From Chiloscyllium plagiosum (lineage: Eukaryota): a DNA stretch of 64,000 nucleotides. Location of the stretch: NCBI RefSeq assembly GCF_004010195.1, contig NC_057725.1, forward strand, positions 50,236,143 to 50,300,142, written 5' to 3'. Both the position numbers and the translations under genes were made by a program. This document shows positions 22,620 through 36,338 of this stretch, in pieces (the first letter of the stretch is position 1; each line of letters begins with the position of its first letter). A model generated the notes under the pieces. That model was not told the origin of the DNA. It searched no databases and worked only from the letters and a program-made list of their open reading frames with translations.

Positions 22620-25498
22620 AAGTCCTTCAGCCTACCAGCACCACATGCTCCCTTGCCAGAAGCACATGAACGTGGATGTAACTACTGAAAATAAGCAGGC
22701 ATTTAGGTAAAACAACCCATTTCACAGTCAACCTCGTAAATGTACAATCTCTGGAAAACAAGATGGATGAAATCAGATCACGGCTCAGCTTCCAGCGTGA
22801 ACTGTGCGACTTCTGCACACTCTAATTCACAGAAACCTAGCTTAACCCATCCCATTCCCGACTGCACACTTCAGGCTGATGGTTTTTCTATCCATCGCAT
22901 GGACTGTACAGCGTCCTCGGGAAGACAAAAGGGTGGGGGTTTTGCTTTTTAATCAACAACTTATGGTGCACGGACATTGCAACCCTGGGCAGCCATTGCT
23001 CCCCAAATCTTGAATTCCTCATCGTCAAATGCCGCCCCTTCTATCTACCATGGGAATTTACTGCTGCTATACTAGCGGCTGTGTACATACTGTCACAAGC
23101 AAAGGTTGAGGAAGCTCTGGATGTGCTGTACTCCACCACTAACACCCTGGTTCTGGATTAGAGTGGTGCTGGAAAAGCACAGCAGTTCAGGCAGCATCCG
23201 ATGAGCAGGAAAATCGATGTTTCGGGCAAAAGCCCTTCATCAGGAATAGAATCACCCTGGAGATGGAACACCCCAAGGGCCTGTTTATTGTGACTGACGA
23301 CTTCAATTAGGCCAATCTAAGGAAGATGTTGCCCCAAGTATCACCAGAATATTAACTGCCCCACTAGGGGCCCAAACATTTTAGACCACTGCTCCATCCC
23401 CTGCCCTATCCCCCGCCCTCATTTAGGGAACTCCAACTACAACGCCGTGTTTCTTCTCCCGGCTTACAGGCAAAAACTCAAGCAGGAGACCCCCCCTCAC
23501 GGATACAGGTCCACTGCTGGTTGGTGGAGGCAGAGGATTGATTTCTGTGCTGTCTGGAATTGGCTGATTGGGCCATGTTCAAATAGTCCGCAGGTACCTT
23601 GGATGAATATACCACCACTATCACAGGCTTTATCAGCAAGTGTGTGGAGGACTGCATACCGAGGAAGTCAACCCGGGTGTTCCCCAACATGAAACCCTGG
23701 ATGAACCAGGACATACAGAACCTGCGAAAAACCAGACATGAGGCCTTCAGATCAGAAGCCCCACTCAAATATAAGGAATCTGAGTATGACCTTCGCAGAG
23801 CCAAAGACAGCCAAGGACCAATGCCGATCCAGTCTAGAGCCCCAGATAGACACCCGGCGACTATGGCAAGGTCTGAATGACATCACAGGTTCTAAAAAGA
23901 GACTGTGCAAGATAGCAGATGATGACACAGATCGTCTCAACGCCTTCTATGCTCACTTTGAGCAGAATTTCGGTGGAGAGGTTACACCTATTCCGACAAG
24001 TCCTGACGAACCTATCCCAACAGACACTACATTAGAGGTCAGATCAGTTTTCCTTCTTGTGAATCCAAGGAAAGCGATGGGACCAGACGAATGACCAGGC
24101 CGTGCACTCAGCATGCGCAGATCAACAGGCAGAGATCTTCTCAAACATCTTCAACCTCTCCATGCAGCAGGCCACTGTTTCAAGAGGGCCAACATCATCC
24201 CCGTGCCAAAGAAGACTCATGCAGCATGTCTCAATGACTACCGCCCAGAGGCCCTAACTCCGGTGGTCATGAAGTGCTTTGAAAGGCTGGTCGTGGTCTC
24301 CCCACTACACTTGACCCACTCCAATTTGCCCATTGGACCAAGAGATCCATGTCAGATGCCATATCACTTGCCCTTCGCTCCTCCCGAGAACATCTTGACA
24401 CCAAGAACAGCTACGTAAGAATCCTACTCATTGACTATAGTTCAGCCTTCGACAGTATTATCACCTTGAGACCGATTACTAAACTTGGTGATCTCAGATT
24501 AAGCCCCACTCTCTGCAACTCAGTTTCCCGACCCACAGGCCAAAATCAGTGAAGACTGGGGACAATATTTCATCCTCACTAACACAACACGAGCCCACCA
24601 GGGATGCGTACTCAGCCCCCTCCTGTACTCACTGTATACCCACGACTGCTTTGTCAAATACCAGACTAATGCCATTTTCAAATTCACTGATGACACCGCC
24701 ATAATCAGTTGAATCTCAGATGGCGACAAAACAGACTACAGTGGGGAGATGAAAGACCTGGAAAAATGGTGCACTGAGAACCTAGCTCTCATGCTGACAA
24801 AACCAAGGAACTCATTATTGACTTTCGGTGAGATGTTACTCATGCCCCCTACACATTAACAGCAGAGAGGTGGAACAAGTGGAGTGTGTCAAGCTCCTGG
24901 GAGTGGTCATCAACAACAAGCTTTCTTGCTCTCTTCATCTGGATGCACTGGTAAAGGCCCAACAACATCTCTTCTTCCTCAGGCAGCTGAGAAAATTTGG
25001 CATTGCGAATACCCTTGCCAACTTTTATAGGTGCGCCATAGACAGTACTCTGTCTGGATGTATCAATACCTAGAACCCTAACTGTACCATTCAAGATCAG
25101 TGACGGTTATAGAAAGTGATGAACTTGGCCTGGACAATCACAAAGGCCAACCTCCCATCTGTAGAATCCATCTAACAGGCCTACTGTCCAAGAAAGGCTG
25201 CCAGCATTCTCAAAGATCCATCCCACCCTGGCAATGCTTTTCTACAACCTCTGGCATCGAGGAGAAAGTACAGAAGCCTGAACACACGCACCAGCCGGTT
25301 TTGAAACAGTTTCTACCCTACTGTTGTTAGAATACTGAATGGACTCTCAAACTCACAGCATTTGCCTGTACCTGTGTTTTTTTTTTGTTTTTGACGCTGT
25401 TTACCTATTATTTACTTATCTATGCTACTTAACTATGTGATCTGCTTATACGGCTTGCAAGACAAAGCTTTGGTACATGTGACAATAAATTCAATTCA
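22620..25498 (+). mobile_element. Rex1/Babar-type LINE ORF (endonuclease plus RT), decayed
   Basis: [85 protein letters not shown]; tail aataaattcaattcaa. Confidence 0.92.
23151..23252 (-). mobile_element. About 100-bp family A hammerhead unit inserted into the Rex1 element
   Basis: TSD caccctgg at 23143-23150 and 23253-23260; motif CTGATGA-A-GGGC-tttt-GCCC-GAAA-CATC. Confidence 0.85.
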
Positions 25499-26536
25499 AC
25501 TGATAGACTTCGCCAAGCCCAAGAACACAGACAAGTCATCTGACATGGCTGCTAATACTCCCCTGCCCCACCTCATCCCACCAGCTGACCAAATAACAGG
25601 GCAAAAGTGCAGACAAAAATTGAGAAGCAACCCCATCAAAAATACAGTTGGGGCTGTAACATGCACACTACAACAGATTCAAGGCAACAAAACCCAGAAG
25701 CTCTCTGGGAGGCCATGAAACACCTTAACCAACACTCTGCATGTCAAATCCCTGATGGTGAAGCAGAAGACTCTAAGCCTCCCACAGAGGGGTCTGTTAC
25801 CTCTGAATGGCATGACTGAATCCCTTTAAGGACTCAAAAGTTACACCCGAAATGTCAACTTTTCCACCTCCTGATGCTGCCTGGCTTGCTGTGTTATTCC
25901 TGATGCTGCCTGTCTATTTTGGATTCCAACATCTGCAGGTTTTTTGTTTCTTAGGACAGAGTGTCCTGGCATGTCAAATAATTCATGAGAGCAAGGAGGT
26001 AAAAGGCATGCAGCAGAATCCTATACTCTAAGTCTATCTATGTAGAATGGAATGGCAAGATGACAAATTGTGGACTAGGTTAAAACATTTTACTTGCACT
26101 TCAAAAGAAACAAAAAAGGACCTTTGACATAATAACACATACATTAACTCATAGCAGTTTCAGAAAGCAAAATACTATGCTGAGCCACATATGCATTATT
26201 AAATATAAAATAATTACCATTATTAATAGAGATCAAATGCAGACTTTGTTGAACACCTTTGCTCTGATAGTAAGAATAACCCCAATCTGTCAGTTGCTTG
26301 CTATTTCAACACATCATTTTGCTCTCATATTAACATTTCTGGCTTTGGCCTGTTGCAATGGTCCAGCCAAGTCCAGAGCAAACTAGAGGAACAGCACCTC
26401 ATTTTTCACTTAGGCACTTTACAGCCTTTAGAACACAACATTGAGATAAACAGCTTCAGACCACAAACACTGCCTCCACCTCGTTCTCCACTCTGGCCAC
26501 CATTACCCCCACCCCCACCAAGCTCTCAGGAGAGCT

Positions 26537-26813
26537 AAAAATCACGAAACCAGATTATAGCCCAACAGGATTAATTGGAAGCACTAGCTTTTAGAGCATT
26601 GCTCCTTCATCAGGTGGTTGTGAAGTACACAATTGTAAGATACAGAATTTGTTTTGCTATAAATTCTGTATCTTACAATTGTGTACTCCACAACCACCTG
26701 ATGAAGGAGCAATGCTCTGAAAGCTAGTGCTTCCAATTAAACCTGTTGGACTATAACCTGGTGTCGTGTGATTTTTAACTTTGTACACCCCAGTCCAACA
26801 CCGGCACCTCCAA
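26537..26813. mobile_element. Palindromic family B unit with two opposed hammerheads and 12-bp TSD
   Basis: TSD ctcaggagagct at 26525-26536 and 26814-26825. The plus copy at 26695-26729 has an intact core; the minus copy at about 26582-26616 has G12>A. Confidence 0.85.
26695..26729 (+). ncRNA. Minimal type-I hammerhead ribozyme motif (best-preserved family B copy)
   Basis: cac-CTGATGA-A-GGAGC-aat-GCTCT-GAAA-GCTA-gtg: stem I cac/gtg, 5-bp stem II, palindromic AGCT, CUA cleavage triplet. Confidence 0.7.
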
Positions 26814-27352
26814 CTCAGGAGAGCTGACCTATTTTTTGCTGTAAACACCTACCACCGTCTATACGTACGTTTTACTTCCAAAGCGGTCCCTTTATTTTTT
26901 GCCTGGGCACTCCCACCACCTGCCCCACTTGCTCCTTCTCCCCATTATCAACAGCACAAAGGTCGCATATTCCAGCGCTTATCGGTTCCAAAAAGGACTT
27001 GGAGTCAAAACGTTAACTTTGTTTCTCGGTCGACAGATGCTTCCAGGGTTGCTGTTTCCCCAAAACTTTCTTGTTTGTTTCTGATTTAAAATACGCCAAT
27101 GCTTTGCTTTCATTTGTACAAGGTGCCTGTGGGACAAATTGGGGCAGATTGAATTTGAAACATCTGCGTTGGCACAGCAACTGCCATTGAGGACATTTCC
27201 AGATATTACATATTTCATGAGTAAATCCGGTTTGATTGAAATCTTGTTACCAGATATCTAAGTAATTACTTGAAGGAACTTTCTTCTCTGGAACATTAGC
27301 AAATCACAGTAGAATTGTAAACCAGCTGCTCCATAATATAAAATACACTGAC

Positions 27353-27670
27353 CGGATCCAGTATAATGAAAGAACTGCAGCAAGACACAGAAGCCTGGCT
27401 TAATCTGCTTAACTCAAAACACAATCCACACACCAATTTGACCCCAAGTCGGAAGTTGTACAAAAACATTGACGTTATTTCCTGGGAAACGAGAATCGTT
27501 GCAGAGCGTGCGCATAGGACACAGAACACCACTCAGTCTCCCAAACAGCGCCAACTGGCGGCCAGGATGAGTTTCTATTTGAAAGGCCATTTCGTTTTAT
27601 TCAGTGTCTTTTATCACACAGGAGTTCTGACATGATTTTAAAGTGTTCGCACCGCGATCAATTTGAGCAC
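27353..27670 (-). promoter_or_regulatory. Candidate ARMC7 promoter/exon 1
   Basis: CpG cluster, NRF1-like GCGTGCGCAT (27506-27515) and a CTCF-like motif (27546-27563). Minus-strand donor CCG|GTCAGT at 27352; alternative donor GTG|GTAGGT at 26852. Confidence 0.45.
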
Positions 27671-28129
27671 AACACTCTCCAAAAACAATAACGCGATAAC
27701 GAACAATCAATTTCTCTCAGGATTGGTGGGCACCTGTTTGAAATGGGGAAGTGAGATCTTTTCGAGGCACCTGAGAGAGCAGACAGGATCTTGGTTTTAA
27801 GATCAGAACGGTGCCCCTGACAGGACAGCAACCCTCAGTACTGTACTGGAGGTTCGGTGTATTGACCTCAATCCTGGAATGGGGTCCCTGTGATACAGAG
27901 GAGAATGAGTGTCAGTCAAACCACGGCTGACAACTGCACAATACTTTCAAAAAGTATGGTGGTATATTGCAAAGTAACAGAAGCCAGGATAGACCAATGT
28001 ATGGAACATCTATTATGTAACACATTATTTCTGTGCTTTGCAAGTCAATCTGAGTCAAATGTTTCAGTGTACCCCATAACTACGTGCGTGGAAAGTTTTA
28101 ATGTGTACGAGGTCACGAGGAGATAAATT

Positions 28130-31100
28130 CAGCATTTCTTCTTGCTGGCTACTTCCTAATTTCCTGTTCTCTTGAAAAATGTTCACTATTGTTTGTGTTT
28201 GAGTACCAAAATTCATCCATGAGTAAGATATCAAAATAGAATAAAATGTTTAGGTTGGCTGTTTAATTCGTCTGTAACATAAGAATTAATGTTTGGACCT
28301 CCACGATCTGTAATCCGTAGAATTGATTCAGCATGTGTGGGCTCCCTGTAGTCGATCCAAGTTTGCTGACAAGCTAAGTAGGAAACAAAGTTGTCATGAA
28401 GATGACATTAAAAATCACCACAATCATCATCACTGGAGTGATCTTCTTCATTTTCTTCATACACAATAGATGTGCCATGTATTGGTCTAGAGTGTGTTAT
28501 CTACCACCATGATCAGGAATGCTGTTGAACTGGTATTTAGGCAAGACCATTCATTCTTGCCTTTCAAACATAAATTGTGTCAGGGATGGTAATCCCTTCT
28601 TCATTGATGTTGTGTGAAAATGCAGTAATGCAATGTAAAAATCGTGCCTGAAATGGGGTAATGAAATTAAATGGGTCACTTTCCATTGAACACACATTTT
28701 GAAATGGTTTGTTGGTGTATTGCAGTGGTTTGACAGACCTATCAGATACAAGATATTATCAACTGAAAGTATCAGAAAATAACAGCATGTCAGCAATGGT
28801 CACACTTATTGTGTTGCTAAATCATTGAACAGTGGGAGATTTGGAGAGATAATCCGTCACAACGATGCAAATTTCCCCATGGACTATGAATAAGTCTCTT
28901 GCTACTTTCGAACAAAGCTGGGATGGAATATTGTGTGGTTATGGAGGTCCTTCCACTACTAGGGTTGATATGTTTGGCATGCCTCCCATCTATTCACAAG
29001 TAATTTAATATTCAGATTAACCCCCGGCAAGTACACAGAATTGCATACTTACAATCTTGTGTGTTCATTGCCCATGTGTCCTTGGTGTAATGAGGCTTCA
29101 TATTTTGGTGTAATGCTTTTGCTATTAGAACAAGTTGGCTCTTGATAATTTATGATATACCAAGTCAGTCTCTATTTGGCCAAAATGAACAAGTCTTCTC
29201 AGGCATTTCTTTAATAATGTTAGACCATCCCTGGATAATTTTTTTACAACTCTCATAAATGATCAACTTTGCCAGTTATCCACTGCAATTGTTCACACTG
29301 ATGTTCAACGAAGTGTAACAGATCAATCTTGAGAAGATCATCAACTTCATTGTTTAGAGCATCAATCCATAGATCAGTTAGAATATCTTGGTCTTTGTAT
29401 GGGTTGGCTAATCTTCTCAATGTGACAGTTTTAATCAGCTTGATATCTGGCTTATATCTCAATGCCAAATCCTTGAAGATAGTTGACTAATTTGATTGCA
29501 CCATGTGTGGTTTGGTCTGCTACAATGGATGTGGTTTGAATCTCAAAGTATCATCCAGAGATATGTCCTTACTCATAGTCCTGCCATTGACATTTACCAG
29601 ATAGAAGATTCTGGGAAGCCAGATGAGCTTGCATATTAGCACTGCACTGTGATTCCTTCAATGTATGGAACAGGTGATCTCTTTCATGCTGTTGTCAGTC
29701 TCTTGTAGTCTGTACCATGGAATTACGTATGTTGTGGTTTATTTATCAGGATGTGTCATGGTTGTATGTTGGCACTGGTTCCCATATCAATTTAGTCTTT
29801 ATTGTGTGCTGTCCTACCTTTTCAGGCCATATAATATGAATGGTTCTAAAAGTTTCTGATCACCTAAGATCATTGACATGATGTATGACGTTAACAACAT
29901 GGAAAGCTTAGGCATTTTCTGAAATTTGCCTTTTGTGCAGTTGACTCTGAACCTCATCAATGTGTTCACATTTGTGTACATTAACACTTTCCTTGCTGCC
30001 AATGTAATGGTATTGCATCATCTTGTTAGTCATCTATACTTTGTTCTGGGATATGTCTTGTCCTTTCAGCACGTATATATCCAGTGACCTTTGATACCTC
30101 CACAAAGTCTGCCATCCCTCAGAGACAGCTCTCAGAGTAAATAGAACGTCTAACCCTGCTATTTATAGAATCCCACAGTGTGGAAACCGGCCATTCAGCC
30201 CAACAAGTCCACACCAACCCTCCGAAAAGCATCCCACCAAGACCTATCCCCCTACCCCTGAAACCCTGCATTTTCCATAGCTAACTCACCTAGCCTCCAT
30301 ATCCCTGAACACTATGGATAATTTAGCATTGCCAATCCACCTATCCTGCAAATCTTTGGAACGTGGGAGGAAAGTGGAGCACGTAGACGCAGAACTCCAC
30401 ACAGACAGTCAACTGAGGCTGGCATCGAACCCTGGTCCCTGGCGCTGTGGGGCAACAGTGCTAACCACTGAGCCACCATATCATTGAGAGCTCCCTGATT
30501 GGATCTGATGAACAGCCCCAGTTAGGAACTCATATTCTATAAGGTCTCGCTGACCTTGTGACAATCTCTACAGAACCAAATGTTTTACAGATATCAAAAG
30601 TTGGACAGTTTTTAGATTTATATGCAAAAACCTCCATCTGTTTCATGATTAGGTGTGAGTTACTGACTATGGCGATAGTGCTAAGTGCACCATTGCATGT
30701 AATTGTTGTTGGCATGTCACATTCTTAGATCCATCCTCAAGTAATGCATTAATGCATGGCTCTTTTTGTTGCCCAAAAGATACTTTCTAAAGATTTTAAA
30801 TGGTGTAGAGGTGATGACAAATTCAATGTGCCTGTCAGTTTTTCTTCAGAAAGTCACAATCATGCCCTTTGCTGCAGCATTTCCGTCCAACTGGTCAATA
30901 CACTCTTGGGTTGCCTTCTGTGTGACATACATTGGAGTTGTAATAATTCTTAAGTCAGTTCTTACTTTGAGTTAGTCTTTGGAAATTTTCCAGATTTTTT
31001 CTGGATCTTTCTCACTGTCCATTGAATGATTGACTGTGTTAATCCTGCAAAGCCCATAATTGTCAATGGCAAACAAGATTTCTTGAGCTCTTTTCTTAGG

Positions 31101-31170
31101 ATAATATATTGTTTTGTCTGTAAAATAGAATTTCAAATGTTGTTTGAACAGTTTTCATTTAGCAAGGGTG
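28130..31170 (-). mobile_element. Old, highly decayed LINE (RTE-like), interrupted by a SINE
   Basis: Only scattered remnants (for example ALRYKP..RRL..P at the 3' end); the clade assignment is tentative. Confidence 0.4.
30165..30480 (-). mobile_element. V-SINE (HE1-like)
   Basis: Head ggtggctcagtggttagcac...gggttcgatgcc, V domain. Confidence 0.85.
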
Positions 31171-31679
31171 TCACTGGATGCCCAGTTGGTTCCCACCTTC
31201 TCAATCTTGCCCTTCCCCTGACCCTCAGGTTAAAGCATCACCAGTCATCTCTCTCCAACAAGCGAGCAGCCCTGGTTACAATAAAATGTTACTTATGTAT
31301 CAAGCACAGAGCATTGTAGCTGTCAAGCTTTTTGTGCTGGACTGCACTGGCTTTGTATTCCAACTCAAGAGTGCACTTCAGCCTTTTTATTGTCATTTAG
31401 AAAATTCCTCGAAACAACTACTTTCTCATCAAAAATAAATTAGTTTTATTTCTTGGTGTTTAATGCCAGATCTGTACAACTGTCTGTACCCACAGGTGCC
31501 AATGCTGCTCAAAGATGATGAACTGTCCCTTTTGTCTGAACTCTGCATTGTCCGGTTGGTCTTTGATTAGTTTTCCAAATATCTATTAGCAAATATTGGA
31601 GTCCTATTCAGACTGTCACCACTACCTCCAACAGGGTGTTTTACCTGATGGGGCAGTGCTTATGTTATCTCATGTGACA

Positions 31680-32200
31680 TTAGAAACTGAGCATGGATAC
31701 TATGGAGAATTCAACAGACATTTATTACAAATAATTATTACATGCAAACATCACATTCCTCTGGCTACCACTTACGGCTGGTATGGAAGATTAAACTCTT
31801 CCAGACTTCTGTATTCAGTGTACTTTAAGCATTCAGAGGAAAAAAAGTTTCCTGACACTAAAATACTCAAGAAAACGAATTTGTTAAGATGAGTATATTC
31901 TAAAGGATCTCTTGAATAGAGAATTATTCAGATGATTCAAGATTTCAAGGATGATCTTGACAAAAGTTGAAAACAGACTGAATAAAAAGGACTTGAAAAA
32001 GTTTAACATCAATACAGCAAACAGGGAGAAATGGCTAACAATAGGTCTTAATGGAGGCTTTGCCGAATGAAAGAACCAAAAGATACAGATTCAGAGGTGG
32101 TTGAAGGAGAAAGAGGGCAAAAAAAGGAAGGCACAATAAATATCAAGGGTCACGACCACACACGATCTTATGACAGTGCCAGCACCAGCTGTAGCATGGA
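31680..32200 (+). mobile_element. Decayed RTE-like LINE 3' end
   Basis: Resembles the RTE ORF C-terminus (RFKD.L...WE.MA.NR..WR pattern across frameshifts). Confidence 0.4.
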
Positions 32201-32939
32201 CTGCTATTCAAAAATTGAACTCCAATTACTTATTTTACTAAAGTTTGATAATATATTTTTTCTACTTTACAGTAAAACAATTTTAAAAGAATGCATCAAA
32301 ACTCCAGATGTCACATTGGAGACGCCATACAGTCTAACTCAAATTTATGTGTCTCATTTAATTCTGGAGCCAAAATGTCTGCTGTTTCCAACAAACAATA
32401 TAAAACTTCATCAATGTGACTTGTAAACAAGCTAAAGATTGATTTAAACAATAAAACAGCATGGTCTAATTTTCAGACATGTAACTTTACTTCAGTAGCG
32501 TAAAGATATTTAACATATTTCCAATATGAGATGTCAATGATTCCTCTCATTTGTTTACTGCACATGACATGCTTTTCACACTGCACAATTCCTTTTTAAA
32601 GGTAACCTTGTTTAGGCGAGGTCTGTTCCCTATATTATGATCCTAGCTGATATTACTACTGTCCAAGTTATATGCTGAAATTAAATTTGGCTTGATAGAT
32701 TTTCTTTTAATTTAATGTGGCATACATTCACTGAAACATAGCACACAGAGCTCTGCAAGTTTGGTTTTAACAGTGGGACATAAGTTAATTCACAAAATAA
32801 ATAAAAAGCTAACAAATCAAGCTTTCTAAATCTAACACAGTTTTAAAAATTTCAAAACACAGCAAAACAAACTTCTATCTATTCCCAACACTGTCACTTT
32901 AATTAATCACAATCCAAAGAAATTTAAAAGCCAATTATT

Positions 32940-33165
32940 GTTAATGCTGGAGATCTGAAGTAAAAACAGAAGAGTTGGAGAAACTCAGCATGTCTGGCAG
33001 CATCTATGGAGGCAGAAAAACCATTTATGTTTTGAGTCTGATTTAACTCTTTTTCAGAACTGAGTACTGAAGGAATCATATCAGACTTGAAACATTAAGT
33101 TTGTTTCTCTCTCCATAGGTGCTGGCAGACTTGCTCAGTTTCTCCACTTCTTTCTATTTTTATCC
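32940..33165. repeat. Imperfect palindromic family D unit
   Basis: Arms ggagaaactcagcatgtctggcagcatctatggag and ctccataggtgctggcagacttgctcagtttctcc; related to 15355-15535 and 55830-56060. Confidence 0.7.
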
Positions 33166-34761
33166 CAGAGAAATTTTCCCCTCCTGGTCTGTAGGGATGG
33201 AAAAACTACTTTTTCCCAGTGACTGTTCTGTAGGTCTATGGGCCTTTTGCCTTGATTACTTACATAATTGACATCTTAGACTTCCTCAGATTTCAATAAC
33301 CATTCCAGGTTTCTAAGTAAATATATTTGGTGTGGAAGTTCCATGAACTAAACTCTTTCAGCAAGATAACTTACTCTGTTGACTGGTCTGAACAATCCCC
33401 TTTTCTAGGACGGATGATACTTGCTTCTGGAGATGAAACAGATTGAACAGTAAAAGAAGCTCCATACCAACAGGAAGCACACACCAAAAATCAACTCAGG
33501 ATTGCCTGGTTTGTAAAATATCTATAGAAAAATGTTCACTGGAACTTCATTTTTGAATTCAAGAGACACTGTGAGGAAGGTAATCTAGATGGGACAGATG
33601 CATGTGCTCAATCATCTAAGGCAGATACACAATTTCCTACACTGATGATTAAAGTTAGTTATTGTGCACAGTGGTTGTAAGTCATTTTAATTAGGTCTGA
33701 TGACCATGTGAACTGCTCACTGTCCTGCAGCATTCACAACAAAAATGCAACAATTATTCTCTTGTGGAGAGAAAAACTGCATCACCAGCCTCATCACTTT
33801 CTAATCATATTTAAAAGAGACAAGTTAATGCAACAGTCAACCAAACTGGATGGATCACAATATTATTCCATTTAAATTACAACATACAAGCAAATGTAGC
33901 CACTTCCATATATCAACATGCTATCATTAATTGGGCCACATTGCTACCTCGTGAAATGTAGCAAACAACTTCAGGTGCTTGTTTTTCTCCATTCCTACAA
34001 GGGCAGTCATCCCACTGGAGGCAAACATAATTAGCAGCTGCCAACCTTGCTTATATTCAGCTTTGTTCTGATTACAGGCAGTTTTGCACCACTAAGCTAC
34101 CTTGATCTTCATCAGCGTGAAGGGAGGTCTGTGTTAATATACCAAATATTATGTTAATTTAGTATGTCTACATGCATGCTCGAGCTGTGATTAAGAGAAG
34201 CTTAGATTAATTACAGAAGGGTTAGGACACGTATATGAATTCCAAGAGTCAGGGACTCTTGTGTGCAATGTTAGTATCCCTGTCTCTGAGTTCCATCTGC
34301 TCCACATTTGTGTAATAACATCACTCAGCAGTTTGATTAGAAAATATCTAAAATCCAAAAGATATCTTTGGGCTGAAGCGTCCTTATGGTGTAGGAATAA
34401 TGTTTTGAACAATGTGCTAGGTTAAAATATCCCCTGCTTCAGAGGTGTCACAACATACCTAAATAAGTTGATTTTTATTTTAAAATATGTACCTCTGGGA
34501 TGACCAGAAGTTCTAATTTCAATTCCCAGCTGCCCCAGACATTTGACACATCATGTAATTAAAATCCATAAGGTGAATGGGTCTTACCATATAATGGTAG
34601 TTTCCTGATTTCTTTTTGGCCAAAAGACCTGGGTTCAAGTCCCACCTGTCATAAAGTTGTGTCATGACAAGTTGACTTAAAAGTATTTTGAGGGGTCTCC
34701 AGCCTCTGAGACAGAAGGCTCATCTTCAAATTCAACTTACATGGAGGTCTATTGTAATATT

Positions 34762-34891
34762 GGAGAAAGTGAGGACTGCAGATGCCGGAGATCAGAGTTG
34801 AGAGTGTGCTGCTGGAAAAGCACAGCAGGTCAGGCCGCATCCAAGGAGCAGGAGAATCAATGTTTAGGGCAAGAGCCCTTCATCAGGAATC
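34762..34891 (-). mobile_element. Family A solo terminal unit with TSD
   Basis: Flanked by ctattg(t/a)aatat at 34750-34761 and 34892-34903; hammerhead G12 is mutated. Confidence 0.8.
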
Positions 34892-35549
34892 CTATTGAAA
34901 TATGTCCAAACAAACATATTAAAAATAATTTATAAGAAATACCTTATATAGGTTTTGTGGAACAGTGGTCATTTCCGTTCAGTGTCAGAATTGGGAGAGA
35001 CACCAACCTCGGAAAGAAATAACTGGCAAGGAAGATGTAGGAGCTGTAAATGCTAACAGAGTGATGAAATGTCTCAAGAATGGCCCCATGTCTGTGCTGG
35101 GAATGGCGATCAGAGCATAAAAGCAAGGTACAAAAGTGAACAATTTCAAACAACAAGTTCAACAATTAAGGATGGCACTGGTGCAATAGAAGGGGCTAAC
35201 TTTATTCCTGAGATTAGAATGGAGGATGGGGGTACAGCGGAGAAATAGCAAAGGTTTGTAAGCCCCCAAAAGAACAACCATCCAGTAGGATTGGGTGTAC
35301 AGGAAGAAATAATGGGGGTTGTGAAAAAGGTATGGCATTAAAAACTTGTGACTTAATCTGCATATAGTTTGGATGAAATAGATTAGCAAGTAAAACTCAG
35401 ATGACAAGTCCATACAGTTCTTGTGACTAGCATGTTCTGTAGCCAATCAGATGATACTAGATCTGACAACGTGCAATGAAACATGGTTAATTAGTGACCT
35501 TATACTAAGGCACCCCTAGACAGCAATGATAATTCATAATTCAATTCAA

Positions 35550-35890
35550 TGATTCTCTACAGTGTGGAAACAGGCCCTTCGGCCCAACAGGTCCACACCG
35601 ACCCTCTGAAGAGTAACCCACCCATATCCCTACCTTATTACTCTATATTTACCCCTGTCTAATGCTCCTCTCCTACACATCCCTGTATACTATGGGTAAT
35701 TTAGCATGGCCAATTCACCTAATCTGCACATCTTTGAATTGTGGGAGGAAACTGTGCACCCAGAGGAAACCCACACAGACACGGGGAGAATGTGCAAACT
35801 CCACACAGAAGTTTGCCTGAGGCTAGAATCAAACCCGGATCTCTGACACTGTGATGCAGCAGTGCTAACCACTAAGTACCATGCCGCCCA
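35550..35890 (-). mobile_element. V-SINE (HE1-like)
   Basis: tRNA-like head and V domain. Confidence 0.88.
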
Positions 35891-36338
35891 TAATATGATT
35901 CAAGTTTCCTGATGAAAGGCTTACACCAGAAAGGTCGATTCTCGTGCTCCTCGGATGCTGCAAGACCAATTGTACACTCACGAAAGTGATCTCCAGCATC
36001 TGCAGTCTCACTTTCTCCTCGATATTTAAAAAAGGAACAAAGCAATTGCTGGTCTCCGAGACAAAGTGTGTGTGGAATGTGCAGAAAATTAGCTTTCTTA
36101 AAAGTACCTTTATCAATCAGTGATTGGGAAACAGAAATCCCTAAGAAGATAATCTACGGAGAAAAATACCAAGAGAAGACACTGGCTGGTTTTGAAATTT
36201 GAATTTTGGTAAATCTTAATTGGGGTTTTTAATCACACTAGTAATATAGAAGGGAAAGTAAAGATAGGAGTTGTGAATAGCTATTAGTAAATTATTCTCT
36301 TGTTATACTTTAACAAATAAAGTTGTTACTTTTTACTG

